Shown: positions 49,674 through 60,705 of the stretch, one piece after another
Position numbering within the stretch: position 1 is the first letter of the stretch
Layout: the number at the start of each line of letters is the position of its first letter
Source of the DNA: an uncultured bacterium
GTDB taxonomy: Bacteria; Acidobacteriota; HRBIN11; JAKEFK01
Assembly: GCA_963777505.1 (NCBI GenBank)
Contig: CAVZQN010000003.1
Location: 638,144 to 702,143 of the forward strand
Direction of reading: 5' to 3'
Length of the DNA: 64,000 bases
Program-made: the position numbers and the translations under genes
Notes under the pieces: model-generated
Seen by the model: only the letters and a program-made list of their open reading frames with translations
Database searches by the model: none
Told to the model about the DNA's origin: nothing

Positions 49674-52094
49674 ATGAAACATAATCACACGAATGTTCCA
49701 GAAATAATGACACTCCCAATGATCCCATTGCGTGATGCGGTTTTATTTCCTGGAATGATGATGCCATTTCTTGTAGGACGCGAATATTCTTTGAAGGCTC
49801 TTGCATCAGCCATCGATTCAGATCGTCGTCTTTTTCTTGCTGCGCAGCGTTCAGCTCAAGTAACGAATCCACGACTTGAAGACATTTTTTCAATCGGCTG
49901 CGTCGGCTACATTGTTGAAAGTATCCGTCAGGATGATGGGAATACAAAAGTACTTGTAGAAGGAATTGAACGCGCCAGAATCTTAGAAGCACATACTGAA
50001 GATTATTTCTCCGTTACCGTAAAGCTGATTCAGCGCCCTACCGAAACCGATGCAGAAATTACGGAAAGAAAAAATGAGCTTGTCGCTTTGCTTGAACAAT
50101 ATTCAAAGCATGTGCCTGGCCTTTCTGCAGGGTCTGTTCTTCCTCATCGAGCCGATAATCCAGGTCGGTTGGCCGATCTTGTCATTGCGTATTTGAATCT
50201 CGAGATGAATCAAAAACAGGAGCTTCTTGAGATTACGCACGCGGGAGAACGATTGGCTCGAGTGCTTGGTATTCTCAGACAAGAAATTGGGAAACTTAAA
50301 GTTGAAAAGAAGCTGGATTCACGTGTACGCAAACAGATGGAACGAGCGCAGCGTGAGTACTATCTCAGTGAAAAGATGAAAGCGATTCAGCGTGAACTGG
50401 GACGAAATGAAGAAAACATTGCCCAGGAAGAATTGGATGATTACAGAAAGAAAATCGAATCTTTGAAGCTTGCAGAAGATGCAAAAGAAAAAGCGGTCAG
50501 TGAGCTGCGACGCTTACAAATGATGCCGCCCATGTCGGCAGAGGCAACTGTCTCGCGCAATTATTTAGACTGGATTCTTGGCGTACCATGGAGTGAAACG
50601 AGCCGCGAAATTCAAGATCTGAAAAAAGCTCAAAAAATTCTGGATCATGATCATCATGGGCTTGAAAAAATCAAAGAACGCATTATCGAGTATCTTGCGA
50701 CACGAAAGTTATCAAAGAAAAAGAATGCGGCAACAATTCTTTGTTTCTCCGGACCTCCAGGAGTAGGCAAAACTTCGCTGGGTGCTTCGATTGCACGTGC
50801 GACTGGCCGAAAATTTGTTCGCCTTTCGCTTGGCGGCGTTCGCGATGAAGCTGAAATCCGCGGACATCGAAGAACCTACATCGGAGCATTTCCCGGTCAA
50901 ATTATCCAAATGATGAAGAAAGCAGGAACGATCAATCCTGTATTCCTTCTGGATGAAGTTGATAAGATGAGCATGGATTTTCGCGGTGATCCTACGGCAG
51001 CATTACTTGAAGTTCTGGATCCTGAGCATAACAAAACATTTTTGGATCACTATTTGGATACGCATTACAATCTATCCAATGTCATGTTCATCATGACTGC
51101 CAATGCGCCACATAACATTCCAGCTGCACTTCATGATAGGATGGAGATCCTGCACCTTCCAGGTTATACGGAAGACGAAAAGGTTCAAATTGCCTCACGA
51201 TTCTTAGTTCCTAAACAGCTGGAGATTCACGGTCTTGCAGGGTATAAAATTCAAATGCCAGAAGAAATAATTCGTCACATTATCAGACGTTACACACGGG
51301 AAGCTGGCGTCCGCAGTCTGGAACGTGAAATTGCTTCAATCAGCAGAAAAATTGCGCGTAAAGTTGCTTCGAAAGATCCGCACGAACGAAAACTATCACT
51401 GGAAACTATGCAGAAATTTTTGGGTGTCGAACGCTTTAGCGACATGGACAGAGAAAAAACAGACGAAATTGGAATGGCTACAGGTTTGGCCTGGACTGAA
51501 CGCGGTGGAGAACTATTATTCACAGAAGCGACCTTGATGAATGGCAAAGGCCGTTTGATGCTGACTGGCAAACTTGGCAAAGTCATGCAAGAATCAGCAA
51601 GAGCAGCTTTAAGTTACATACGCTCCTGTACTCAACAACTAGGATTATCAACGGATTTTTATCAACATTTTGATTTTCATGTTCATATTCCTGAAGGAGC
51701 CATTCCAAAAGATGGCCCCTCTGCAGGAATTACAATGGCAACAGCGCTCATTTCTGCTTTAACCCGCAATCCAGTGAAAAGGGATGTTGCTATGACAGGT
51801 GAAATTACGCTTCGCGGCAAAGTCTTGCCTATCGGTGGCGTAAAGGAAAAAATTCTTGCAGCGCATCGTGCAGGGGTTTCAACAATTATTCTTCCGCGTA
51901 AAAATGAAAAGGATCTTTCCGAAATTCCGGCAAATGTCCGGAAAGATCTGACTGTAAAACTTGTAGATACAATGGATGAAGTACTTCCAATTGCATTAAT
52001 GAGGCCTTTGGAAGTGAAAAAGAAAAAGCGAAGTTCGAGTATTACAGGCATTTCAAGGAAGAAAACTAAAAAAGAAATTATTTTGCCACAGTAG
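49674..52094 (+). CDS. lon: Lon protease
   Basis: [17 protein letters not shown] and PKDGPSAG motifs. Confidence 0.98.
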   Translation: MKHNHTNVPEIMTLPMIPLRDAVLFPGMMMPFLVGREYSLKALASAIDSDRRLFLAAQRSAQVTNPRLEDIFSIGCVGYIVESIRQDDGNTKVLVEGIERARILEAHTEDYFSVTVKLIQRPTETDAEITERKNELVALLEQYSKHVPGLSAGSVLPHRADNPGRLADLVIAYLNLEMNQKQELLEITHAGERLARVLGILRQEIGKLKVEKKLDSRVRKQMERAQREYYLSEKMKAIQRELGRNEENIAQEELDDYRKKIESLKLAEDAKEKAVSELRRLQMMPPMSAEATVSRNYLDWILGVPWSETSREIQDLKKAQKILDHDHHGLEKIKERIIEYLATRKLSKKKNAATILCFSGPPGVGKTSLGASIARATGRKFVRLSLGGVRDEAEIRGHRRTYIGAFPGQIIQMMKKAGTINPVFLLDEVDKMSMDFRGDPTAALLEVLDPEHNKTFLDHYLDTHYNLSNVMFIMTANAPHNIPAALHDRMEILHLPGYTEDEKVQIASRFLVPKQLEIHGLAGYKIQMPEEIIRHIIRRYTREAGVRSLEREIASISRKIARKVASKDPHERKLSLETMQKFLGVERFSDMDREKTDEIGMATGLAWTERGGELLFTEATLMNGKGRLMLTGKLGKVMQESARAALSYIRSCTQQLGLSTDFYQHFDFHVHIPEGAIPKDGPSAGITMATALISALTRNPVKRDVAMTGEITLRGKVLPIGGVKEKILAAHRAGVSTIILPRKNEKDLSEIPANVRKDLTVKLVDTMDEVLPIALMRPLEVKKKKRSSSITGISRKKTKKEIILPQ

Positions 52095-52099
52095 AGATT

Positions 52100-52660
52100 G
52101 TGAGTGTTGAATTCCTCGGAAGTTTTACGCCTACTTCCAAATTGCCGGAAGTAGATGGAATCTGGATTGCATTTCTCGGCAGATCAAATGTCGGGAAATC
52201 ATCTTTGATAAATTTACTGACGAAATCTTCTATTGCTCGCGTCAGTAAAACACCGGGTCGGACTCAAGCGTTGAATCTGTTTCGGGTGGAGGAAAAGTGG
52301 ATCTTCGGTGACTTTCCCGGTTATGGATATGCAAAAGTATCAAAACAGATACGACATGAGTGGGATCGTTTGATCCGAAAATTTTTAACTGCGGAAAATT
52401 TTCAACATGCGATACAAATTGTAGATTCACGCCATCCAGGTTTGGAAGCGGATTTACAACTACATGCATGGCTGAACCAACAAAGATTGAATCACACAAT
52501 TGTGTTAATGAAATCTGACAAATTAAACAGAAAGGAAAGAGTTGAGGCTGACCGGAAAGCGCTGGAAGCATTTCCCGGCCAACCTCCACTCTTTGTCTCC
52601 ACACAAACCAAGGAAGGCAAGGACGAAATTAGACAATTATTGGAATCGCTGAACGACTAA
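52100..52660 (+). CDS. engB: GTP-binding protein EngB/YihA
   Basis: [16 protein letters not shown] and DFPGYGY motifs. Confidence 0.93.
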   Translation: MSVEFLGSFTPTSKLPEVDGIWIAFLGRSNVGKSSLINLLTKSSIARVSKTPGRTQALNLFRVEEKWIFGDFPGYGYAKVSKQIRHEWDRLIRKFLTAENFQHAIQIVDSRHPGLEADLQLHAWLNQQRLNHTIVLMKSDKLNRKERVEADRKALEAFPGQPPLFVSTQTKEGKDEIRQLLESLND

Positions 52661-52699
52661 GATGCAAAGTTTTAGTGAGTTCAAATACGGAGAAAGTTT

Positions 52700-53953
52700 A
52701 TGAATATAGCTGAATTGAAGGAGATGAACATTTCCTCACTTAGTTCAATCGCCAAAGAATTGAACGTCACTGGGGCCAGCAGCATGCGAAAGCAGGAATT
52801 GATCTTTGAGATTTTAAAAGCTCAAACCGAAAAGGACGGATTAATTTTTGCGGAAGGTGTGCTTGAAATCCTGCCGGAAGGTTTTGGATTTTTGCGGGCA
52901 CCTGATTATAACTACTTGCCAGGTCCGGATGATATCTATGTTTCACCATCACAAATCCGGAAATTCAATTTGCGTACGGGTGATACCATCTCAGGCCAAA
53001 TTCGTCCACCAAAAGATGGTGAACGTTATTTCGCGCTGATTAAAGTTGAAGCAGTCAACTTTGAGCATCCGACGGAAGCGCGTAACAAAATTCTGTTTGA
53101 TAACCTCACGCCTCTTTATCCGAATGAGCGGATTCAGTTGGAGAATGAGAAGGAAAATGTTTCCGCACGTGTTATGGATTTGCTAACACCAATCGGAAAA
53201 GGGCAACGTGGATTGATTGTCGCGGCTCCGCGTACAGGAAAAACGATGCTGCTGCAAGCGATCGCAAAAAGTATTACCTCAAATCATCCCGAGGTTGTGT
53301 TGATCGTTCTACTTATCGATGAACGTCCGGAGGAAGTGACCGACTTCCAACGCAGTGTCGATGCTGAAATTATCAGCTCGACATTTGATGAACCTCCAAC
53401 ACGGCATGTTCAGGTTGCGGATATGGTCATCGAAAAAGCAAAACGTCTTGTTGAACACAAACGTGATGTGGTGATCGTTCTGGATAGTTTGACGCGTCTT
53501 TCACGTGCAAACAACGCAATCATACCTTCCAGTGGCAAAGTACTGTCGGGTGGTATCGATGCGAATGCGTTGCAAAGGCCGAAGAGATTTTTCGGATCGG
53601 CACGCAACATTGAAGAAGGCGGAAGTTTGACGATCATCGCAACATGCCTGGTCGATACAGGAAGCCGAATGGATGATGTCATTTACGAAGAATTCAAAGG
53701 GACCGGTAACCTGGAAATCCATCTCGATCGCAAGCTGAGCGACAAGCGTATTTTCCCGTCTATCGATATCAATCGTTCTGGAACCCGCAAAGAAGAACTG
53801 CTGCTTTCGGCTGAGGAACTTAACCGGGTCTGGATTCTGCGTAAGGTGCTATCTCCGTTGTCTTCTGTAGAAGCAATGGAATTGTTGATCGACCGTATGG
53901 GAAAAACCAAGAGCAACAAGGAGTTTCTCTCCTCAATGTCTGCTGCCGTGTAA
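52700..53953 (+). CDS. rho: Transcription termination factor Rho
   Basis: [23 protein letters not shown] and SGTRKEE motifs. Confidence 0.98.
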   Translation: MNIAELKEMNISSLSSIAKELNVTGASSMRKQELIFEILKAQTEKDGLIFAEGVLEILPEGFGFLRAPDYNYLPGPDDIYVSPSQIRKFNLRTGDTISGQIRPPKDGERYFALIKVEAVNFEHPTEARNKILFDNLTPLYPNERIQLENEKENVSARVMDLLTPIGKGQRGLIVAAPRTGKTMLLQAIAKSITSNHPEVVLIVLLIDERPEEVTDFQRSVDAEIISSTFDEPPTRHVQVADMVIEKAKRLVEHKRDVVIVLDSLTRLSRANNAIIPSSGKVLSGGIDANALQRPKRFFGSARNIEEGGSLTIIATCLVDTGSRMDDVIYEEFKGTGNLEIHLDRKLSDKRIFPSIDINRSGTRKEELLLSAEELNRVWILRKVLSPLSSVEAMELLIDRMGKTKSNKEFLSSMSAAV

Positions 53954-53976
53954 TATCGATAAATCTCGACGAGATT

Positions 53977-54004
53977 TTGACATTTTCCGTCAGAAGCTTA
54001 TACT
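53977..54004 (+). promoter_or_regulatory. Sigma70-type promoter for rpmE-prfA
   Basis: TTGACA-N16-TATACT. Confidence 0.65.
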
Positions 54005-54010
54005 TGTATG

Positions 54011-54063
54011 CCAATCATTGGAGGGCGGGCATTTCTGTCCGCCACCTGCTCGTAATTGATTGG
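54011..54063 (+). promoter_or_regulatory. Candidate structured rpmE (bL31) leader
   Basis: Outer stem CCAATCA/TGATTGG, inner stem GGCGGGCA-TTTC-TGTCCGCC. Confidence 0.45.
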
Positions 54064-54081
54064 ATTCATGGGAGTAAAAAT

Positions 54082-54303
54082 ATGAAAAAGGGAATTCATC
54101 CAAATTATCGTGAAACACGGGTGATGTGCGCTTGTGGCGAATCGTTTTTAACACGATCCACAAAGAATGAAATCCGTGTTGAAATTTGTTCGAAGTGCCA
54201 CCCATTTTTTACAGGAAAACAAAAATTGGTGGATACGGCCGGACGTCTTGAACGTTTTCAACGCCGGTATAAAAAAGGAAAGTCCGCAGACGCATCTGCT
54301 TAA
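54082..54303 (+). CDS. rpmE: 50S ribosomal protein L31 (Zn-binding form)
   Basis: MKKGIHPNY...CACG...[12 protein letters not shown]; true start is ATG 54082. Confidence 0.97.
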   Translation: MKKGIHPNYRETRVMCACGESFLTRSTKNEIRVEICSKCHPFFTGKQKLVDTAGRLERFQRRYKKGKSADASA

Positions 54304-54338
54304 CTGCCTTACCTGAAATTCCTTCCGTGACTTAAATC

Positions 54339-55412
54339 ATGATAGAAAAGCTGCAAGAAATCGAAACGAAGTACGAAGAGCTTACGGATCTTCTATCTGA
54401 TCCTTCTATCTCTACGGATTATACGAAGTATCAAAAGCATGCGAAGGCAAAATCAGAAATTGAGGATATTGTTCAAAATTTCAGACAGTACAAAGATATT
54501 TTGCGTGGCATCTCAGAAACAAAAGCATTGCTGAATGAAGAAGATGCAGCGGATATGGTTGCGATGGCGAAAGAAGAATTGGAAGCACTCGAGCGTCGCA
54601 AAGAACAATTTGAACAAGATCTTCAGATGATGTTAATTCCAAAAGATCCGCTCGATGAAAAGGATGTCATTGTTGAAATTCGTGCCGGAACTGGAGGAGA
54701 GGAATCTGCCTTATTTGCTGCGGAATTATTCCGCATGTACAGCAAGTATGCTGAAAAGCGTGGTTGGAAAATTGGTGTAATTGATAGCAATCCAACAGGA
54801 CTTGGCGGACTTAAGGAAATCATTGCATCGATAGAAGGGCAGGGCGTCTACAGCCGGATGAAACATGAATCCGGAGTGCATCGCGTTCAGCGTGTGCCTG
54901 TTACTGAGGCAAGTGGACGCATTCATACATCTGCAGTTACTGTGGCTGTTTTGCCTGAAGCCGAAGAAGTAGAAGTTGATATCAAGGAATCGGAATTGAA
55001 GATCGATACATTTTGCGCAAGTGGCCCTGGTGGACAACATGTCAATACAACTCATTCTGCAGTGCGCATCACGCATCTGCCAACAGGAATGGTGGTGAGC
55101 TGTCAGGATGAACGTTCACAACATAAGAATCGCGCAAAAGCTTTGCGCGTGTTGCGTTCACGTTTGTATCAGCTGGCGCAAGAAGAGCAGCAGAGTTCTA
55201 TCGCCTCTGCTCGCAAAAATATGGTAGGCTCAGGCGATCGCAGCGAAAAAATCCGCACCTATAATTTTCCCCAGAATCGTCTAACAGATCATCGTATTAA
55301 TCTGACGTTGTATCAATTGGATCGCATCATGGATGGGGATATGGATGAAACCCTCAATACCTTGAATAACCATTATCAAGCCGAAGCCCTCAAAAAATTA
55401 GCCACCGCGTAA
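54339..55412 (+). CDS. prfA: Peptide chain release factor 1
   Basis: VQRVPVTE (PxT), GPGGQHVN and IRTYNFPQ motifs. Confidence 0.97.
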   Translation: MIEKLQEIETKYEELTDLLSDPSISTDYTKYQKHAKAKSEIEDIVQNFRQYKDILRGISETKALLNEEDAADMVAMAKEELEALERRKEQFEQDLQMMLIPKDPLDEKDVIVEIRAGTGGEESALFAAELFRMYSKYAEKRGWKIGVIDSNPTGLGGLKEIIASIEGQGVYSRMKHESGVHRVQRVPVTEASGRIHTSAVTVAVLPEAEEVEVDIKESELKIDTFCASGPGGQHVNTTHSAVRITHLPTGMVVSCQDERSQHKNRAKALRVLRSRLYQLAQEEQQSSIASARKNMVGSGDRSEKIRTYNFPQNRLTDHRINLTLYQLDRIMDGDMDETLNTLNNHYQAEALKKLATA

Positions 55413-55446
55413 GACTTTTTTTAAACGCCGAGTACGCCGAGTTCAA

Positions 55447-57876
55447 CTAATCATGACGCAGTGCAGTCATCGGATCGATTTTTGCTGCTCGCCGGGCTGG
55501 GATGTAACTGGCCAACAATGCTACTGAAATTAAAGTAAACGAAATGCCAAAAAAGACAGCAGGGTCCGTTGTGCTGACATTAAAGAGCATACTTTGCAGT
55601 AAACGGGTCAAACCAAAAGCTCCGGCTAAACCGATCACCGTCCCAATTAGGACTAGCTTGAATCCTTGTCCTATGACCAGTGTTAATACATCTTTTGCAT
55701 TTGCGCCAAGTGCCATTCGAATTCCTATTTCCTGTCTGCGTTGTGCTACGGAATACGAAATTACGCTGTAGATGCCAACCGATGATAAAACCAGAGCAAT
55801 TGCAGCAAAGAGTGTGATAAGAAGCATGGAAAATCGGCGAGGCGCGACCGATTCAGAAAAAACATTTTCCATCGTTTTAATATTTGCTACGGGCTGATCT
55901 TTATCGATTCGTGCAACTTCATTTTGAATCACTTTTGCCAACGCCAGTGGATTTGATTTTGTGCGAACCAGCAAATACATGAAATACTCTGGTGCTTGAT
56001 AAGTCGGCATGTATATTTCCGCTTGCACCTCTCGATCCAAACCGAGATGTTTGACATTACCGACAACGCCGACAATTTCTCGAATCACTTTTTCTGTCCC
56101 GTAGCGAATCTTGATTTTTTGTCCGATAGGATCACCATCCCCCCAATGTTGTCTGGCCAGCCTTTCGTTTATAACGACTACCTTAGGAGTAGTTTCATTA
56201 TCACCTTCAGAAAATTCACGTCCCTTTATGAGTGGAATGTTCAGTGTGCGAAAGAAATTTGGCGTGACCCATTGAAAACCTGCCCACGGCAATTGATTTT
56301 CTGGGGGCACGGGCCGCCCTTCAATGTTGAAAATGGTTGAACTTCCCCCGCTAAGCGGCAGGGTGCTTGCCCCGGCTACTGATTCAACACCTGGCAGATT
56401 TTGAGTGCGATTCACGACATTCGTAAAGAAAGCAGTTTGAGTTTTCAGATCAGAATATTTTTTGGGTGACAAAGATAATTCGAGAGTCAACAAATTACTC
56501 GGATTCATCCCTGGTTTAACCAACAGTAGTTCAACAAAACTCTTAATCATCAGGCCGCTGCTAATCAGAAGCATTAATGCTAGCGCAACTTCGACAACGA
56601 CTAACGAGCTCCGGATTCGTGCACGACCGCTACCTGAAGAGCTACCACGACCACTCTCATTCAGAAATTGATTCAAATCACCCTTAATTAACTGCAACGC
56701 TGGCGCGAGGCCAAAAATCAATCCAGTCAGAACGGATACCGCCAGAGTAAAACTCAAAACCGAAATGTCGAGCCCCGTTTCTTTCAAACGCGGAATATTT
56801 TCAGGACTGAGAACAACTAGCAATTTGGTACCCACAGTTGCAATGAGCAATCCAAGCCCACCGCCGATGATGGCAAGAATCATATTTTCTGTTAGCAATT
56901 GACGTATCATCCGGCCCCGGCTAACACCAAGAGCAGTTCGAATAGCAATTTCTTTTTGGCGCGTCGCAGCTCGTGCAAGCAATAAATTTGCTGTATTTGC
57001 GCAGGCAATTAGCAACACAAGGACAACCGTTCCAAAAAGGATGAAGAGTGTTAAACGACTATCACCGATAATTGCTTCACGCAACGGAACCAGCTTTATT
57101 CGATCACCGGTATTCGTAGCTGGATATTCGCGTTCCAATTGTTTGGCTATAACATCGATTTCGGCTTGAGCCTTTTTTATTGTGACGCCGGGCTTCAGCC
57201 GTCCAACGACTAGCAGGTAACTAGTATTTCGATCGGCAGCGCGTTTTTCAGTTAATGGGAGCGGAACCCACAAATCGGCCGGAAATAAATAATCTCCACC
57301 TATGATTGGAAATTGAAAGCCTGGTGCCATGATTCCGACAACGGTGTAATCAAGTCCATCCAGCTTTATAGTTTTACCAACTAAATTTCGATCGGCACCA
57401 AAGCGCCGCTGCCACATACCATAGCTTAAAAGGGCTACACGGTAATGATCCGGCTTATCTTCATGTGGCAAGAAATTTCTTCCAATAATTGGTTGGACAC
57501 CAAGCACGGAAAACATATCCGAAGAAACATACACACCCCTAAGTTGTTCCGCTTGATCAATACCCGATAGGTTAAATGCCCCATAACCAACAAAACCTGA
57601 AATGCCTTCAAACAACTGTGCTTGCTTTTTCCAGTCGAGATAATCTGCAACAGCAAATGGAGCCTCGGATAGTTGTGTTTGTGTACCGTGAAACCAGATC
57701 AAACTGGCGGAATCTTTAAAAGGTAGCGGTTTCAATAAAACGGTGTTGATTACGCTGAAGATTGCGGTCGTTGCACCGATGCCGAGCGCAAGCACAATGA
57801 TTGCCACGGCAGAAAAAGCTGGGTTCCGCAAGAAAAATCGAATCCCATAACGTAGATCTCGAAACAGCGTCTCCAT
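55447..57876 (-). CDS. ADOP-type duplicated MacB/FtsX ABC permease
   Basis: DLRYGIR...LALGIGATTAIFSV, LLIACAN..NLLLAR, EIGIRMALGA and PARRAAKIDP motifs; no adjacent ATPase. Confidence 0.92.
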   Translation of the reverse strand: METLFRDLRYGIRFFLRNPAFSAVAIIVLALGIGATTAIFSVINTVLLKPLPFKDSASLIWFHGTQTQLSEAPFAVADYLDWKKQAQLFEGISGFVGYGAFNLSGIDQAEQLRGVYVSSDMFSVLGVQPIIGRNFLPHEDKPDHYRVALLSYGMWQRRFGADRNLVGKTIKLDGLDYTVVGIMAPGFQFPIIGGDYLFPADLWVPLPLTEKRAADRNTSYLLVVGRLKPGVTIKKAQAEIDVIAKQLEREYPATNTGDRIKLVPLREAIIGDSRLTLFILFGTVVLVLLIACANTANLLLARAATRQKEIAIRTALGVSRGRMIRQLLTENMILAIIGGGLGLLIATVGTKLLVVLSPENIPRLKETGLDISVLSFTLAVSVLTGLIFGLAPALQLIKGDLNQFLNESGRGSSSGSGRARIRSSLVVVEVALALMLLISSGLMIKSFVELLLVKPGMNPSNLLTLELSLSPKKYSDLKTQTAFFTNVVNRTQNLPGVESVAGASTLPLSGGSSTIFNIEGRPVPPENQLPWAGFQWVTPNFFRTLNIPLIKGREFSEGDNETTPKVVVINERLARQHWGDGDPIGQKIKIRYGTEKVIREIVGVVGNVKHLGLDREVQAEIYMPTYQAPEYFMYLLVRTKSNPLALAKVIQNEVARIDKDQPVANIKTMENVFSESVAPRRFSMLLITLFAAIALVLSSVGIYSVISYSVAQRRQEIGIRMALGANAKDVLTLVIGQGFKLVLIGTVIGLAGAFGLTRLLQSMLFNVSTTDPAVFFGISFTLISVALLASYIPARRAAKIDPMTALRHD

Positions 57877-58082
57877 GTTAGCTCCTACTCACTCGTCATT
57901 AATGAGCAAACGCTTACAGCATATAAGACGAGGAGACTTTAGGAAAGGTTGGCGAAGGCACGCATACAATTACCGCAAAGACGCAAAGCCGGCATTGGGG
58001 TTGCGTTTCTCACATTTAGACATAATTTTAACGACCTCGGTCCCCCAAAATATTAAGGGGACATCACCAGGAGATTGGCAAT

Positions 58083-58619
58083 ATGGACTCAATTAATAAG
58101 AATCAGCCGGAAGAAAATAAAGAAAATCTTAGCTCTCGTGATGCTATTGCGAAAATCAAAGAGTTAGTGGAAAAGGCCGAAAGTTGTTTTTTCTGTACCG
58201 AAGTCTCAACAGGTGGATCGAATGGAGCCCGACCGATGAACGTTCGACAAGTTGATGATGAAGGGAACTTGTGGTTTTTGAGCGCCAGCGATAGTCACAA
58301 AAACAAAGAATTATCTAAAAATCCATCCGTAAAGTTGTACTTTCAAGGCTCTGCGCATTCCGATTTTCTGCAATTAGATGGCGCGGCAACTATAACAAAA
58401 GATAAAGCAAAGATTAAGGAATTGTGGAATCCGGTCATTAAGACATGGTTTACCGAAGGGATTGATGATCCACGCATTACAGTCATCAAAGTTACGCCAT
58501 CTGAAGGATATTACTGGGATACAAAACACGGAAATGCAGTTGCCGGTATAAAAATGTTAATTGGCGCTGCAACAGGAAAAACACTCGACGATTCGATCGA
58601 AGGAAAACTGGACGTTTAA
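58083..58619 (+). CDS. General stress protein 26 / pyridoxamine 5'-phosphate oxidase-like protein
   Basis: ARPM, GNLWFL, ELWNP..KTWF...DDPRI and YYWD motifs. Confidence 0.85.
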   Translation: MDSINKNQPEENKENLSSRDAIAKIKELVEKAESCFFCTEVSTGGSNGARPMNVRQVDDEGNLWFLSASDSHKNKELSKNPSVKLYFQGSAHSDFLQLDGAATITKDKAKIKELWNPVIKTWFTEGIDDPRITVIKVTPSEGYYWDTKHGNAVAGIKMLIGAATGKTLDDSIEGKLDV

Positions 58620-60031
58620 TCAATCCGGATACTATAGTCTACAGGTTCACAAGTTAAGCTAAGAAACATTTCTTTTGCTCGACCATCGGATCCGAATTTA
58701 AAACGAAGGATCAACGACGCCTCGCTGCCATCCAAAGTCAGTTCAGAAGGCGACAACGCGACTAGCTTCAGCGGAGGTTGATCGTTTCTCTGTGAAAACA
58801 AAGCTCCATCCCGTTCGCTGATTTTTCGTACGTTTTCTGAATCAATTCGATATGCACCAACCAGAGCTTTCCGCTGAGCTTGTGTAAGGGTCTGAGTTGC
58901 AAGGTGAGTAGAGCCAGTTAGCAAAAATCGCGCAATGCGTTGAGCGATCGCACCAGCATCGGGCCGATCCGAATCATTGTTAACCAGCACGATGATGTTC
59001 AATTCTTTGTCTGGCAGTGTGATGGCACTCGCTGTAAAACCATTGATCCAGCCGCCATGTTGAATTGTACGTTGACCCTCACTGCTGCAAATTTTCCAGC
59101 CATATCCGTAGCCGGACTTTGTTCCATCAGGAAGAATGCGCAGGCTCCATGCCTCTTTTAATAAATCTTTACGGATTATCGTGCCATTGCGAAGCGCAGA
59201 ATTCCACTTTAATAGATCTTCAGCGGTTGAAATCAAACCGCCTGCACCGTGTGGAACACTCATATCGATGTGTAAAGCGTTTAGAAATTGCCCTTCATGA
59301 AACGTGTAGCCTCTTGCGCGGTTAGGGATAATGCGTGAATCGTCGCCATAGTAAGTACTCCGAAGGCCATTGGGTTCAAAAATTTCGGATTCTAAAAATT
59401 CACCGTAACTTTTACCACTCATCTTTTCGATGATTCCGCCAAGAAGAATGTATCCTGTATCGCTATAAAAAAAACCTTGACCCGGGTTAAAGCGAAGAGG
59501 CTCCTCTTTCGTTAGTTCCACTAATTCAGCCACAGAATGATGTTGTCGCGACAACGTTTCAAAGTTCTCCAGATCAACAAGACTCGGTAGACCGGAAGTG
59601 TGAGTTAGAATTTGCTCCAACGTGATCCGCTGACCATAATTTGGCAATTCCGGATAGTAATCTCTTACATCGTTCTGCAGGCTTACTTTCCCTTTTTCAA
59701 CAAGTTTCAAAATTGCAATGGCCGTAAATTGTTTGGTAATTGAACCGATTCTAAAAGCGTGTTCCTTGTTCATCGGTAGGCCAAGTTCCAGATCTGCCAT
59801 TCCGTAAGCACGATGAAAAATCGGTTGGCCAGATTTTGCAATCAGTACAACTCCGCCTGGCAGATGTGGCAAAAATTCCTTGGATAGAATTTTGTCAATT
59901 TCATCAGCATTAATACCTGGATCATTTCCATAGCAGAATCCAGCAATAAGAATGATGAATATTGCAATTTTTAAAAAAGTGTAACGAACGTTTTCGGCGT
60001 TATGGTCCGCTATTTTTCCTTTCTTTAGCAT
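58616..60031 (-). CDS. Serine hydrolase, beta-lactamase/AmpC family (start uncertain)
   Basis: IGSITKQFT (SxxK), LTHTSGL, YSDTGY and HGGWING motifs. Confidence 0.88.
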   Translation of the reverse strand: MLKKGKIADHNAENVRYTFLKIAIFIILIAGFCYGNDPGINADEIDKILSKEFLPHLPGGVVLIAKSGQPIFHRAYGMADLELGLPMNKEHAFRIGSITKQFTAIAILKLVEKGKVSLQNDVRDYYPELPNYGQRITLEQILTHTSGLPSLVDLENFETLSRQHHSVAELVELTKEEPLRFNPGQGFFYSDTGYILLGGIIEKMSGKSYGEFLESEIFEPNGLRSTYYGDDSRIIPNRARGYTFHEGQFLNALHIDMSVPHGAGGLISTAEDLLKWNSALRNGTIIRKDLLKEAWSLRILPDGTKSGYGYGWKICSSEGQRTIQHGGWINGFTASAITLPDKELNIIVLVNNDSDRPDAGAIAQRIARFLLTGSTHLATQTLTQAQRKALVGAYRIDSENVRKISERDGALFSQRNDQPPLKLVALSPSELTLDGSEASLILRFKFGSDGRAKEMFLSLTCEPVDYSIRID

Positions 60032-60119
60032 GCCTTTTTTGTCGTAGTCGTATTATTACCTATATTTTATGTTTAGCTCTAACAGCGCCGCATTGATGAC
60101 TGCAGCTGAAGGTAGTGTC

Positions 60120-60665
60120 ATGAAGCAATCACAAAAAGTGACGACTCGATTCGCGATTGAGTCGGATCTCCGAGCTGACACCATCAAGCGGCTCTCGGAC
60201 TTGATCAACGAGGTTTATGACGACGCTGAATCGGGAATGTGGAAACGACAGGGTCTCCGGACGAATCCTGCCGAGGTCGAGCGCCTTCTTCGCGCTCAAG
60301 CACTGATCCTGGCAGAGATCGAGGGTGTAGTGGTTGGGTCGGTGAATGTCAACCTGATGGGCGACGGAATTGGAGAGTTCGGCATGCTTGTGGCTGACCT
60401 TAGCCACCGCGGAAAGGGAATCGGTTCCGCTCTTGTCGATCGCGCTGAAAGTTGGGCGCGCGACATGGCATGTCATACGATGCGGCTCGAACTCTTGACA
60501 CCGCGCAATTGGGCTCATCCAACCAAGGAGTTCCTGAAGATGTGGTACTCCAGGATTGGGTATAAACCGCAGACAACTGAATCCTTCGAAATATTGCATC
60601 CGGAGTTGGTCCCCGAGTTGGCTACAGAGTGCGACTTCACTGTGTGGCACAAGTCCTTGGCCTGA
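60120..60665 (+). CDS. GNAT family N-acetyltransferase (GC-rich)
   Basis: EFGMLVA...HRGKGIGSAL and WYSRIGY motifs; start could be 60069, 60096 or 60120. Confidence 0.85.
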   Translation: MKQSQKVTTRFAIESDLRADTIKRLSDLINEVYDDAESGMWKRQGLRTNPAEVERLLRAQALILAEIEGVVVGSVNVNLMGDGIGEFGMLVADLSHRGKGIGSALVDRAESWARDMACHTMRLELLTPRNWAHPTKEFLKMWYSRIGYKPQTTESFEILHPELVPELATECDFTVWHKSLA

Positions 60666-60705
60666 CCAGGAGACGTCCGCAATTCAACTACGCAGAAATC
60701 GTCTC

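Larger units (their letters stand above)
3575..57988. repeat. Dispersed ~20-bp element family, consensus about TTWACCGCARAGACGCARAG (about 14 sites; span given is first to last)
   Basis: Copies at 3575, 4905, 6572, 7608, 11868, 17566, 21898, 23821, 36031, 41381, 46169/46210, 48251, 55419 and 57970. All are at gene ends or in spacers; several are degenerate. Confidence 0.8.

Noticed and set aside
57935-58010. c-di-GMP-I (GEMM) riboswitch-like GACGCAAAGCC...GGGGTTGC
   Set aside because: The P2 arm (GGCAAACC...GNRA) is missing and P3 is too short; the match is explained by a copy of the dispersed repeat.
60129-60650. 173-aa antisense ORF inside the GNAT gene
   Set aside because: Shadow ORF favoured by high GC; no motifs.
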